Of a stretch of 64,000 bases of DNA, positions 20,837-34,116 are shown piece by piece. Position numbers and translations under genes: made by a program. The stretch's first letter is position 1, and every line of letters starts with the position of its first letter. This DNA comes from Vitrella brassicaformis CCMP3155 (taxonomy: Eukaryota; Protista; Chromerida): positions 62,001 through 126,000 of the forward strand of contig CDMY01000292.1 in NCBI GenBank assembly GCA_001179505.1. Reading direction: 5' to 3'. The notes below the pieces were generated by a model, which was given only the letters and a program-made list of their open reading frames with translations, was not told the origin of the DNA and searched no databases.

Positions 20837-23800
20837 TCACTTGCCGCCCCACCAGCTGGTGAACCGCCCCAGCAGACCTAACATGACACACACGTGATAC
20901 ATGTGTGTGGGTGTGCGCGTGTGGATGCATCCAGCAAAAGAAGAACTCACCTTTGCTCTCCTTCTTGACGCGGTGAGAAATGTCGGGCGGTGGAAACGAC
21001 GACAGAGCCTACATGCACACACGACACGCACAACACGCTGTCCATCTGCAGTGCCGACAGACAGACGGATGCACAGGCGCACTGACTGACCAGGTCGAAC
21101 AGCAGCGGTTTGCAGGCGATCGGCTCTATGGCTGGCGGAAAGGCATTCAAATCGCCAGCCTACACATACAAATGCAGAGATACATAAAGGTGGGTCTGTG
21201 TTTCGTTGGGGCACCTTGACAGTGGTAGCTGCTGCTGCTGCTGTGGAGGCAGCAGCAGCAGCAGAGGCCGATGACGCACCGGCCACGCCAGCACCAGCAC
21301 TGGCGGCCTTGTCCAGGGGATCCTCCAAGCCGCTGTCTGCTTATCACACACACGCACACACATATATTCAGATGTTCCCCTCTCCCTCTCTCTCTGTGCC
21401 GTGCTGCGCACCTTGGGCCACCACTTTTGCAGCAAGCCTCGCGCGCCACCGCCGTAGACGAGAGGGCAGGTCATCCTGTCAACATTCCAATGGGTGGATG
21501 GATGTGTGTGTGTGTGTGTGATGGATTTACCTGCAGTCGCCTGACGAGCGTGTGTATGTGTGAGTAGGGGCTGGGTGCGGTCGGCGGCAGAGACACGTCA
21601 GACCGAGACAGAGCTAGGTCCGTCAGCACTGCGCTCACACACACACGCACCGTCACATCGCCACATCGCCACTGGGTGTGTGTGTGTGTGGCCATCCATC
21701 CATCCATCCATCCATACCATATGCCTCCTGGAGCTTGCCCGAGGCCGCGTTGCAGAGAGCGACGAACCAGCACCTGCACTCGTCCATCCATCCATCCACC
21801 CACCCCCTCACACACACACCCACGCATCTGTGTGTGCATGCCTGTAGTTGGCGGCCACGTGCAGGTAGCTCTGCAGCGCCTCGCAGAGACCCTCGCTGAT
21901 CGGCAGCTTCGACGCCTGCACTCCGTCCATCCTTCGATTCATGCATGTGTGTGGGTGTTGGGTGTATGGGTGTTTCTGACCTTGTCTGCGTCTTCATGGT
22001 ACTCCGGGCAGAGGTCAAGAGCCGAGGAGACGTTCTGCAGACACACAGGCATCCGGAAATGTGTACCGACACACACACACACACAGACTAACCTCCTTGA
22101 TGAGCTCGCAGAAGCGCACCCCTTCCTCAGGCTTCACCTTGCCACGCACCAGATCTGCCGATACACGTGACGTGGACAGATGTGTGTCAGTCTCTGCCCC
22201 GCGGCGCGTCCATCTGTGTGTGTGCGATGGGGTGGTGCTCCGTTGCCTACCGTCCTGAGCGGCGTGCAGCTTGTGGATGCTTATTAGCAGCAGCAGGAGA
22301 TTGCGCTCTATGTTCAGCACCGCAGTCTGCTCCTTCACGTAACCTGCATTGCAACCACCCACCCACACACACAAATTTCTCTGTTTGGTTATGTGTCTTT
22401 CTCTGTGTTGTGTTGTGGTGTGTTGTGGTGTTGTGTGTGTGTTGTGGTGTTGTGTGTGTAGTGGGGGTGGCGTACTTTCGACAGCGCTCCATTGGGGTGA
22501 GTCGGGATCGCCGCCCTGCACACACACATATATATACAGGTGTATATCTGTGCGTGTGGGGGCTGTGTGTTGGGTGTTGGGTGCGAGTCTCACCATGTTG
22601 ATCATGTCCTTGTGGACCTGCTTGAGCACCTCGGCATAGGAGGCAGAGATCTCGCCATACCTATGGCACACACACACACACGAGGGGTGTGCATGTGTGT
22701 GTCTGTGCCTGTGCGTACTTCTCAATGACGTCGTTGCCGTCCAGGCCCTCGAAATCCCTCTCTCTGTGTGCGCACACATCCGCCCATGTGGCCACACGTG
22801 TGCGTGTGTGTGTGTGTGTACGTGGCCTTGTCGATGTCGACACAGTTAGACAGGCGCAGCTCGTCGCACCGAATCAGACCAGCCGACACCTTCTCCTACA
22901 CATCCACGGGCGCACACACACACTTGCACGCCTCTCGCTCTCCCTCTCTCTCCCTCTCAGTGCGTGTGTCTGCGCGCTTACCGAGGGAATGACGACTCTC
23001 TGGCCGCGCCAGGAGGTGTGGTCGCCGTCAGCAGAGGCAGAGGCACCACCGCCGCTCATGTCGTTGAGCACACCTGCCGAAGCGGCACTAGCCGCTGTGC
23101 CGGTCTTGCCTTCCTGCACACACACATGGCGGGATGCCATGGAAGCTGTGGTGGGTATGGGTGAGTGCTTGCCTTGTGTTTGTGTGAGTCGCCCCCTCTC
23201 TGGTCTGCACTGAGCCGCCCCAGGTGGTAGCGGCAGATGCGCAGCTTCGGATCGAGCTCGTCCAACTGCACAAGACACACGCACATCCGTGTAGCGGGCA
23301 CAGTGGGTGAATGGATGTGTACGAGTGCATTGTGCGCACCTTTTCCTTGAACGCGGTTGCCTGCGTGTCCTCAGACACCCTGCACACACACAGACACACC
23401 ACCACACATAGATCGACACCAAGGTGGGCCACGGCACTCACGCACACACGCACCGCAGCAGCTGTTCCCAGAGAGTTTTCGCCTGCCCGAAGCCATCCAC
23501 CGCATCCTGATTGCACACACAGACACACAAGCGTCCACACGTGACTTGTGTGTGTGTGTGCGTGTGTGTGTGTGTCTGGCTCTACCTGCCACTCTTCCCT
23601 CTCCAGGTGGTACTCGCCCTGCATCCAGCACCTGTAGGCCTGCGCGTCGATGCACGTCTTCTTGTCGCAGTGGATGCCGCACATCTGCTCCAGACGCTTC
23701 GCCCAACTCACAGCCTGATAATAATACGCCACAATATCACTCACACACACACACAAAAGGCTAGACCCACCGACCGACCTACCTTTGCAAATCGCCGGAT

Positions 23801-24670
23801 TGAGTGGAGCCGCGCGCGAGGGTTCTGAGGACACACCAAATGTAAGCAGTCGTGTGAATGTATACCAACACACACACACACACACACACCACAGCGTGTG
23901 TGTACCAGCTGTTCAGCGGCGGCGTTGGTGGCCTTGAGCTGCACGGCATAGCTCCACGCACGCTCCGCATTCACCAACGGCAGCAGCAGGAACCTGCACA
24001 CACATACACACACACAGTCACACGGATGGGCGTACACATCTGTTTGCCCATGCTCTCTCTCTCTGCGTGTGTGTGTGTGAGTGTGTGTGTATGGGTACCG
24101 GTCGTCGCTGAAGTCAGCAGGAATCGCCTTGGCAACATACCTACAACCACACCATATGGATGCACGTGGCTGCCCTGTGTGTGTGTCTGGGGGCGGCATG
24201 AGCCTCACCGTGATCGTCCGTGTTTGAACTTGAGCGAAGATCTGATTCGTTTCAGTCGCCTGGCGCAGTACTGTCTGTAGCGGTGGTAGTCGTTGTGACG
24301 CAGACCGTTCTGCTGCTGCTGCTGACGACACACCTCCAACACTGCACCACACACACATTCATAGTGGCCGGATGGCACACCAGTCTGGCTGCAGACCTAC
24401 CGTTGAGCGAGAAGGGTTCGTGTGTGGGCTGTGTGGGCGCCACGGCCACGCACTCGCCCTCAGGCTCCACCTCACCACTCGCTGGCGGCACATCTGCGGA
24501 CATAGACGCATCCACGTGGACGGGAGATCTCATCTCTGGGTGCCTGCAAGAATGAGATAAGCCGCTTTCTCACCTGTTGTGGCGTTAGCGTTCACATCGT
24601 CCGTTGCTGCCTCCTTGATGCCGCCGTTGACCTCCTCGCCCGTGGCTGCTGCTTTGGGAGACGACGCCAT
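20837..24670 (-). CDS. SRP68: Signal recognition particle subunit SRP68
   Basis: Exons give NGLRHNDYHRYRQYCARRLKRIR, LLLPLVNAERAWSYAVQLK, RFAKAVSWAKRL, LDPKLRICRY, AFPPAIEPIACKPLLFDL and GLLGRFTSWWGGK*. The exact start codon is less certain. Confidence 0.93.
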
Positions 24671-25232
24671 GACCAGAACAAACCGACGTCAGTCAAAGTC
24701 AAGTCAGATCTGTGTCGGCATATGCACACACGAGCAAGACCTCTTACATGCCGACGATGCCATTCTGTTCTTGCCTCCGTCGGTCGGTCGGTCGATTAAG
24801 GGTTTGACGAGACACCTGTCCCTGATGAAAAAAGACCTCAAGACTCTTCCTTTCCCGTTGATGCAGCCCTCGTCTGCCAGAGCATGAGGCCACAGCTGCA
24901 CCCCACCACAGTTGCATTGCCACCCATGAGAGAGCTTTTCTTTCCTTCCATCCAAACCTGAGCGGAGAGTTGAAGTCGTTGCCCGTCGCGTGAAGGCCCT
25001 CTTCCCGGCCGAGCGGTGCAACGTCTCCAACTCATCGAGGAGTCTGACATCGAGGAGAGGCTTCAGCAACGTCGAGATCACGTGGACCTTCTCTTCTCGT
25101 ACCGAGGAATGACATCATGTCAAGAACTACATTCACCTCAACATTCTGACCATGCCCCAGTCGACTGCCAGTGGCGGGGCGATGCAGAAATGGAGATGAT
25201 GCGGACAAGTGTTCATGTAGCCATGCGTTTTG

Positions 25233-26158
25233 ATGCTGCAGACAGTCAAGACGGTAGGCGCATTCGAGCTCTGCAACTGCCCTGACTGTCTGCCCCCAAG
25301 GTACCATGTCTGCCATTCGGACTTCAACCGGCTGTTCGGGGCTGAGGTGCACAGCAGCGCAGCGGGTGCTGGCCCTGAGAGCAGTGGATCGCCCCAGGAG
25401 CAGCAGCAGCAGCATCCGTCCACCAGCAGCAGGGGCAGGGGGGATCCGTGGCCGCAGCAATGGGGGAGGAAGACGCCGCCATGGCTGTTGATACACGTAA
25501 GTGAACCACACTACCGCTCTCTTGGATAATACGGTAGCTGAGTGTCTGCACGTGTGTGTTTCTGTGTGTTTCTGTGTGGTAGCTCCATTTGCCGTGCTGT
25601 CTGCTGCCGCCGCAGGCTCCCTCGCCACCGTCTGCCGTGCTGCCATCAGTGCACTCGCAGCAGCAGCATCCCTCCAGCAGTAGCAGCCCGGCATGGCACT
25701 TGCAGCAGCAGCAGCCCATGAGGAACTTGAACCACATCGACCACACGGTGCGCCTGGGCCCGCGCTCCTGGGATCATGGGATGGGGCAGGATGGGCTCTT
25801 CCGCTCGCGGAGCGAATCCTCTTTATCGGCGCTCGCCCAAACCAGCGACGGCTACTCGGTCTTCGACGGCCTCGCGATGTCTACATCTTCCTCTCACCAG
25901 ACATCTACGTGCCTGAGGGGGGCCGGGCGTGGGACGTCTGGTGCGGAGATCGCTTCAGGGCATGTCTTCCGTCACGAGGGGCGACACATCGCCACCAACC
26001 CACACTGCGCAGACTGCTCTAAGGGGACATCATCATCGACGACGTGCGTGCGCCATTCTTCCCGTCGCAGCGCAGGTTTGTGCGTCGCTTGCCAAGTAAA
26101 GGCCAAGCTACGAACGAGGATCTGCACGAAAGGCGAGTTCCGACTTCCACGTAGATGA
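25233..26158 (+). CDS. Hypothetical two-exon low-complexity protein, Cys/His-rich ends
   Basis: Phase-0 intron 25497-25615 (GTAAG..GCAG) joins ORFs 25230 and 25589. No recognisable domain; may partly overlap the 5' UTR of the next gene. Confidence 0.3.
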
Positions 26159-26263
26159 GGGTGAGCGCGATGAGAAGAATAGATCTGCTCATGGGCATGG
26201 ATGAGTGGCGAGGCGCACATACGCTGTTGTTCGTGTTTTTGTGCGTGTGTCTGCAGGTCAGTC

Positions 26264-27173
26264 ATGCCACTGTTCTCATCGTTCACACGAGGGCTCGGCG
26301 TGGCCCTGTTGCACAGCGCGCTGAACAGCTTCAGGTTAGTGCGCATGGCATGGACACACCCATTCATCTCGAATGTGTGTATGCGTGTGTATGCCAGCCG
26401 GGGAGACGACAGCGGTGCAAGTGTGTGGAATCGATGGCGGTTTCAGAACCAAAGAGGCAAAGAGGTGCCTGTCTGCGTCCATTGTGCGTGCATGTTCACA
26501 GAGTGCCTGTGTCTTTGTCTGCAGGGGCCGCCCACTGCCAGGGCGGCGGCATCGACGTCAGCCTCCCGGGTACGGTACTTGATTGTGCGGTCTACATAAG
26601 GCTCTGTCCATCCATCTAATTTGCGTGTGTGTCTGTCAGCTGGGCACGCGACCTACAACCTCTACATGCCCGTCACGATCTACCACTCGNNNNNNNNNNN
26701 NNNNNNNNNNNNNNNNNNNNNNNNNNNNNNNNNNNNNNNNNNNNNNNNNNNNNNNNNNNNNNNNNNNNNNNNNNNNNNNNNNNNNNNNNNNNNNNNNNNN
26801 NNNNNNNNNNNNNNNNNNNNNNNNNNNNNNNNNNNNNNNNNNNNNNNNNNNNNNNNNNNNNNNNNNNNNNNNNNNNNNNNNNNNNNNNNNNNNNNNNNNN
26901 NNNNNNNNNNNNNNNNNNNNNNNNNNNNNNNNNNNNNNNNNNNNNNNNNNNNNNNNNNNNNNNNNNNNNNNNNNNNNNNNNNNNNNNNNGACGGACGCCT
27001 CGGCGTGAGTGACAGGAGAGAGAAGGGTGGGGTGTGAGGGGTGCATGTGCATCTGGTCGTGTCTCTTGTGTGTGCAATGTATGTGTTGTGCAGCCATGGT
27101 GCCGACCAAGGAGGAGATTATGGACATGACGGTGAGTAACTTGGTTCACATGGATGGATGGAGTGCATGGCGC

Positions 27174-27207
<34 letters not shown>

Positions 27208-27286
27208 GCAGCAGCACCAGCAGCCGGGGCGGCAGCTGGAAGCACATGTATCGCTGGCTACATTTTATATTCGTAGAGTCTTTTGA
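26264..27286 (+). CDS. Short protein carrying a paralog of the hexokinase N-terminal module; spans an assembly gap
   Basis: Four exons and their introns align with 28228-28700: MPLFSSFTRGLGVALLHS..SFSRGDD..WNRWRF..RGAAHCQGGGIDVSLPAGHATYNLYMPVTIYHS. Exons after the gap (PMVPTKEEIMDMT|QHQQPGRQLEAH) are not hexokinase-like. The 3' end is approximate. Confidence 0.5.
26690..26989. other. Assembly gap (300 N)
   Basis: N run. Confidence 1.
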
Positions 27287-28227
27287 AGCCGCCCGGCCTG
27301 CCACTACACCCGTCCACACCCATGCACGCGATCTGAGTGGCATAGACCGGCAGACGCATTGACAGGGAAAGATGATTGATACCAATCGCACCCATGCACG
27401 GGCTTGATACCGTCCCCATAAACCTATCAACACATGCCCATGCACAGAACAACACGCCCCTGAAAGATAGACCACCAGCCCACAACCACCCATTCCCCAA
27501 ACCCGCCCACGGCCCCGATCTGACCACCCCTGCATCGTCAACAGCTGGTCAGTCCTTCCCACGCCCTCACGGACAGATCCTCGCAGACGCGTCATCAGGA
27601 TGGATCGTGTGGACCAGGGAACATCAGCGTCAGTGACTCACTTGTCGAACGATGCATCCCTCTGGATCACCAGGTCCGTCCTGGCCACCTCCCTCGCCTG
27701 CCCAAAAGGCCATCCTGGTGACGGCGCCAAATCACGTCCCGCATGCAGCTCGTTGTGTGCACACTGTTTCCAGCTGCTCGCTCTGTCAGGCTGACTGAGT
27801 GGCTGGAAGGACCACCTGCCACCACGATAATACCGGGCTGCAGAGTGGAGAAGCCCAGACAAACCACACCACCGTTGCTTCGGCCGTGCCACCGCACAAC
27901 CTGAAACCTGCAAGACAACACAGATGAAAACGAATCGGCTCTCTTCTTTCGTGTTGCATCCCTGCGGGCCGCCGCGAGTGACGTGCATCCCATCCAAGCA
28001 TCGGTGGGCTCGCGATCCACATCTGCGCCTGCGAGCTTAACTCACTCGCGAGCTCCTTCGAAGGGCTTTGATCTGGAAGGCGAATTCGACGTGAGCTCAC
28101 GTGAGATAGATAGATCTGCACGAGGACACTCCAGCTGCCCGTGCGCATGGATGGGTCCAGGGCACACACCTGGTGTTCGTGTTCTTTTCCGTGTGTGTGT
28201 CTGTGTGTGCGTGTCTGCAGGTCAGCC

Positions 28228-31200
28228 ATGCCATTCGTGACATCCTGGACGAGAGGGGTGGGCGCGGCGCTGTTGTCGCACAGCCCCTCGACGAGCTTCA
28301 GGTTAGTGCCCATGGACATACTCTTTCATTTCGAATGTGTGAATGCGTGTGTATGGCAGCCGGGGGGAGGACGGCCGCCCAAGTCCGTGGCACCGATGGC
28401 GGTTTCCCTTCAGCAACCGAAGAGGTGCCTGTCTGCGTCCATTGTGCGTGCATATTCATAGCCTGCTTGTGTGTTTGTCTGCAGGGGCCGCCCACTGCCA
28501 GGGGGGCGGCTGGCAGGGGGGCGGCATCGACTTGAGCATCCCAGGTACGTCATTGCGTGGTCCACACGCACACACACGCAATGACGTACCACCCATCTCC
28601 CCCACCAGCAGACACACATCCATCCATTTGTGTGTGTGTGTGTGTCAGCTGGCCATGCAACATACAACCTCTACATGCCGGTGACTATCTACCACACAGG
28701 CGGACCTGGTGACCTCCCCCCGTATCTCCAAGCGGTGGCCAGCAGCGGGGGCCTCAGCCAAGGCGTTCCCCTCGAGCCCAGCGCTGAAATCAAGATTAAG
28801 GTATCCATCTGAGGGGAGGGAGGGAGGGAGGGAGGGAGGGAGAGGCTGATGTGATGTGTGGTTGGCGTGATGTTTTGGTTTTCTCAGCCGATCCGGTCTC
28901 TGCTTAGTGTCGGCAAGCCCCAGATGATCATGATGATCTCGGAATTCATGGAAGAAATGAATAAGGTGAATGAGTGAGTGAAGAAAGGACGGAGGCTGTC
29001 TGTCTGTCTGTCTGTGGAATGTGGATACCCGTGTGTGTGTGTGTGTGTGTGTGTGTGTAGGGGCTGGCACTGCATGCTGCGGACCCGTCGGCGCACTGGG
29101 ACGAGAAGAAATGCTGCTTCAAGTGAGCACAGACATCCAGACACCTGCCACTCCTGTCATGTGCCTGGCCGGCTGCCGCCGGACTGCCTGCACATCAATA
29201 ATTAGGATGCTCGAGACGCACATCGACCACATCCCCACTGGCAGTGAGAAAGGGGTACAAAGACACTCACTCACCCACCCACCCACTCACTCATCCAAGG
29301 CACGTACGTCTACGGATGGATGCATGTGCCCGGGCGTGCGCACAGGTGTACTATGCCGTTGACGTGGGCGGGACCAACTTCAGAGTGGTGCGCATCGAGC
29401 TCCTGGGTACGTCAAGATGATCAACACTCACGAACACACACATGGGTGCCCACTCGCCTCGGCTGCATGTGCGTGTTTGTCATGTGTGTGTAGGTGACGG
29501 CAAGATCGGCAAGACGTCGCGCATCAAGCGAGAGTGAGCTTCCTACCCCGCACAATGATGCACTTTGACGCGTAATGACGGTGTGCATGTCGTGTGTGTC
29601 AATCACACCGATCCATCCACCCTTCGATCAGTCTCAAGCAGCTGCCGCCCGCGCCGGAAAAGCCAAAAGGTATGCTCACACACACACGCACACACACACA
29701 CGAATGAAAGCATTCATTTGTGTGTGTGTGTGTGTGTGCGTGTGTGTGTGTGCAGGTCTGTTGGATGCGTCCGTCAAGCAGAGTGAGTTCTTCGGTTACC
29801 TCGCCGACCAGGTCATCCAAGTCGGCAAACACGAGGTGGGTATCTGTGCATCCGTGTGTGTGCGTTTGTATGCGTGTCAACTCGTTCTCTCTCCCTGTCT
29901 GTCTGTGTGTGTGTGTAGGGCGACATTGCCGGCGAGGGATTGGAGGGCGAGGCCAGCCCAGTTCTCGGGTTCGGCTTCACGTTCTCGTTTCCGACGCAGC
30001 AAGACGTCCGTGGGCTCTCCCTCCCTCACGCACACAGACAGCCATGCGCACATCTGAGTGTGTTGGTGTTGGTGTGGACGTGCAGCAAAAGAACCACGCC
30101 ATCCTGAGCCACTGGACGAAGGAATGGGACACGGGTCGTGACTACACTGGCACCGACGAGTGCATCGAAGGGAGAGACGTAGGTCACACAAACATACACA
30201 CACACACACGACAGGCACACGCGTGTTGCTCTGTGTGTGTGTGTGTGTGTGTACAGGTGGGTCAGATGTTCGATGACGCCTTCGCCAAGAAGGGCGGCCA
30301 CGCAAAGGTGCATGGGGTCATCAACGACACGGTGGGCACCCTGCTGTCGTGCAGCTATGAGAACCCCCACCTGCCGCCCGTCTACATGGTGCGCAAGGCA
30401 CCAACCACACACACGCACACACACACACGGAGAGAGAGAGAGAGAGAGATGCACCCCTCTCTTTCTGGGTGTGTGTAGGGTTTGATACTTGGCACCGGCA
30501 GCAACGGGTGTTACTACGAGCCCAAATACAAGCAGTACAGCTACAACGGGAAGCTCATCAACATAGAGTTCGGCAACTTCAACCGCTCCCTGCCCGAGAC
30601 CGACATTGACAAACAGGTCACACAGTCACACACACACACACACACACAAACAGAGGCAGAGAGAGCACGCCTGTGTGTGTGTGTGTGTGTGTGTGTAAGG
30701 TCGATGCGGATCTGTCCAACAAGGCCGATGTGGGCAGACAGCGGTTCGAGAAAATGGTGAGTGGGCCCACAGCGCCCCCACCCCCCACCCACCATCCAGT
30801 GGTGTAGTGTGTTGTGTGTAGGTGTCGGGCAAGTACTTGGGTGAGATCTCCCGGCGGTTCGTGTGCTCCATCATGGCGGACAAACTCAAGGGCACCAAGG
30901 CAGAGTACGTGCCACACCACACCACACCATCAATGTGTGTTGATGGGCGTGTGTGTCTGTGTGTGTGGGTGTACGCGCGCAACACACAGGCTGATCGACT
31001 CCCTCAAGTCCGAGCATGCCTCCAAGATTGTGCAGGACGAGTCGCAGGTTGGCGACCCTCACACACATCGCTACACATGCTTACCCATTGGTTCTGTGCG
31101 TGTGCGCACTCAGAATCTGGAGATCACGTGCTTGACGCTCTTCGAGCAGGTAGCTATGGGGCAGCACAGACATGCACACAGTTGCAGGCACCTGTCTGTC

Positions 31201-32238
31201 TGTCTGTGTGTGTGTGTGTGTGTGTGTGTAGTGGGGTGTGACGTTTTCCCTCAACGAGCTGCGGGCCATCCAGGAGATATGCAGGCTCGTCTTCGACAGG
31301 TACACGAGTTCCGTCAATGCGATGGATGCTCGCCACGCGCACCCGTGTTGTGTGTGTGTGTGTGTGTGTCGACACACAGGTCAGCGTCCTTGGCGGCGAT
31401 GTCCATAGTGGCGGTGGCTCTCAAGGCAGACAGGATCGGCAGAAACGGTACTCACGGATTGTGGGTGCATTGTGTGTGTGCGTTGTCTGAATGCACGTGT
31501 GTGTGTGTGTGTGTGTTCCGTTGTTGTGTGTCAGCCGAGGGGATGACGGTGGCGATCGACGGCTCACTGTACACACAAAACCCATGGTGGGCATGATGGC
31601 ATGGCACATCCATCCCCCAATGGAGCTTCCCCCCCCCCCCNNNNNNNNNNNNNNNNNNNNNNNNNNNNNNNNNNNNNNNNNNNNNNNNNNNNNNNNNNNN
31701 NNNNNNNNNNNNNNNNNNNNNNNNNNNNNNNNNNNNNNNNNNNNNNNNNNNNNNNNNNNNNNNNNNNNNNNNNNNNNNNNNNNNNNNNNNNNNNNNNNNN
31801 NNNNNNNNNNNNNNNNNNNNNNNNNNNNNNNNNNNNNNNNNNNNNNNNNNNNNNNNNNNNNNNNNNNNNNNNNNNNNNNNNNNNNNNNNNNNNNNNNNNN
31901 NNNNNNNNNNNNNNNNNNNNNNNNNNNNNNNNNNNNNNNNCCCTCTCTCTCTCTCTCTCTCTCCGTCCGTGTGTGTCCTTCGACAGGTATCAGCATCGAC
32001 TGAAACAGGTCCGCTCGGCGCACAGGAGAGATCGCTGACGGGATTACCACATGTGCATGCATCTCTGCCGTGTGGCTGTGTGTCTGTCTGTCTATCTGTC
32101 TGTGTGATCTGGTGGTCGTGTCAGCACATCGTCGACATAGTAGGCAGAGAGGACGCCCAGAAGGTCCATCTGCAGATAGCCGACGACGGCAGCGGCAAGG
32201 GCGCGGCCGTCATGGTGGCCGCAGACCAGCAGGCGTGA
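28228..32238 (+). CDS. HK: Hexokinase (apicomplexan-type) with ~115-aa N-terminal extension; many short exons
   Basis: [133 protein letters not shown]. Confidence 0.95.
31641..31940. other. Assembly gap (300 N) inside a hexokinase intron
   Basis: N run; the flanking exons (NPW|YQHRLKQ) join in frame. Confidence 1.
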
Positions 32239-32666
32239 CATATATATGCTCATGTCTGTGTGCGGGGACGGGCAGATCTGTCTGCTGCTGGTGGGTGGGT
32301 TAGTAAATGAGTGTGATGGGGCGCTTCAGTACTTAGGAGCTCGGTGTGTGTGGTGGGCCGGTGCTACAGCAATTAGCTTTAATTTAGGGTGTGTCTTTTG
32401 CTCTGTGGCGATTAGTATGGCTGCAGCCAATTCGTTGATCGAGCGTTTGTCCGTCGTGCGTATTGAATTTTGTCTGTTGGGACTGCCAGACTGAGATGCA
32501 TGATCTCTAGCACCAGAAAGACAGAGAGACAGAGGTTGCCGAGCGTATTGGACACGACAAAGCCAAATAGCCAGCAAAGGCCAAAAGCCAAATAGCCGGC
32601 AAGGAAAGCCAAAATCGCTCGAACAACACACACAAGAAATGTCCTCCTGGTCTTCACGAGCTGTCT

Positions 32667-33631
32667 TCACCCACCCCACACATATGCCAGTGTGACGGGC
32701 TCGCCCGTGTCACCGTCCACCTGGCAGAGGATCTCGCAGCCATCTTCAGGGGCGGGCAGTGTGCTTGACGAAGATGCTGCGGTGGATGCAGTCTGCACGA
32801 ACAGACAGGAGAGAATCATGTGTGTGTGTTCTTCCTTCCTCATGATTTGTACAGGTGAGCTTGCCGAATGTGTGGATGTCGACATGGCCTTGTCGTCCGG
32901 GTCCTCATCGGCTAAGAACCCGGGCCAGGTGTAGTCCAGAGGGACGTCTTGGCCCTCCTCTCCATCCACTTGGGTCATGAGCTGGGGCTCCCCACCGTCT
33001 CTCGCGTCCACCAGCAGATCGGCCACCTCCTGTGCACACACACATGAGTGTGGTGTCTGCGTGAAGGCCTCCGAGCTCAAGAGGCACCCACCCCACCTGC
33101 ACGACTCGTTTGAGCTTCTCGTGCAAGGCCCGCTCCTCCTGGTCGCAGAACTGAACAGACAGACACAAGACACACGCACCAATGTGATGCAGGTGGGTGC
33201 GGAGATCGCCGGGTTGTGTGTGCTTTGCAGCCTCACGAAGCCGAGGGCTTCGATCTGTTTCTGAGCGCACACAGACACACGGACGCAGAGCAGAGAGCAG
33301 GGACAGAGAGAGAGAGATGATTGACCCGTGTGTGAATGGTGTGAACCATCCACCAACCGTCAGTTGGATGGCTTGGTCGGTCAGCACGCGGCAACGGGGG
33401 AGGTCGGTCACGGTCTCGGTGCCAGACAGCCGCATCTGCATCACACGCAAGCCCCAGACTTCTCACACCCCAGCAGTCACCCCCACTCACCATCATGAAG
33501 CCCTTGTTGACGACCTTGTCCAGGAGCTGTAGGCGCCGCTCCAGAGCTCTGCGGGCCTTCTCCCGTCGCCAGATGAAGGCCCCACAGAACGAGGCGGCGC
33601 AGAAGATGGCGCTCAGCTCGAGGACCACCAT
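32667..33631 (-). CDS. Hypothetical protein with N-terminal hydrophobic anchor, short coiled coil and acidic C-terminus
   Basis: MVVLELSAIFCAASFCGAFIWRREKARRALERRLQLL, followed by several exons bounded by TG/CA introns. No recognised domain. Confidence 0.5.
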
Positions 33632-34116
33632 GATGGTTGATTGGGAGGAGAAGGGGGATGGACGGGTAGGGCTGTCGAGGGACCTTGGGGGGAGACGGGG
33701 CGACAAAGATGCACGGAGCGATAGATGGCGAGAGGGGACCGAAGAGAAGATCTGCGCCGCGACAGAACGTCGGACGTTATTGTCAACGGCCAATCGTTGG
33801 TAGCAATGTCACTGTGCGGGGAATATCATCGAAAAGCTGCGGTGTGCTGTCCTTCATGATGAGTGAGTGGGACAGGCGGATGTGCCCTGCCTGGAAGTTG
33901 GATGAGTGTACAGGACGCACACATAAGATGACCACCGAAAAAGGGTCTCTGTGTCTGTCCGTCAGCTGAATAAAGGGCGTACAATCAACTACCTCGAGCT
34001 CGACACATCCACAGCACACAAAGCCAGTGTGTCTGTCTGTCTGTCTCCCAGATATATATCTCTCTCTACAGTACACACACATCCGCTCATCGCCCCTCCC
34101 CCACGCACACGCGCCA

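Noticed and set aside
25233-26330. Fusion of ORF 25589-26158 to the hexokinase-like cassette via intron 26151-26256
   Set aside because: The junction puts the cassette out of its conserved frame and reaches TGA; that intron is more likely in the 5' UTR, as in the paralog at about 28100-28220.
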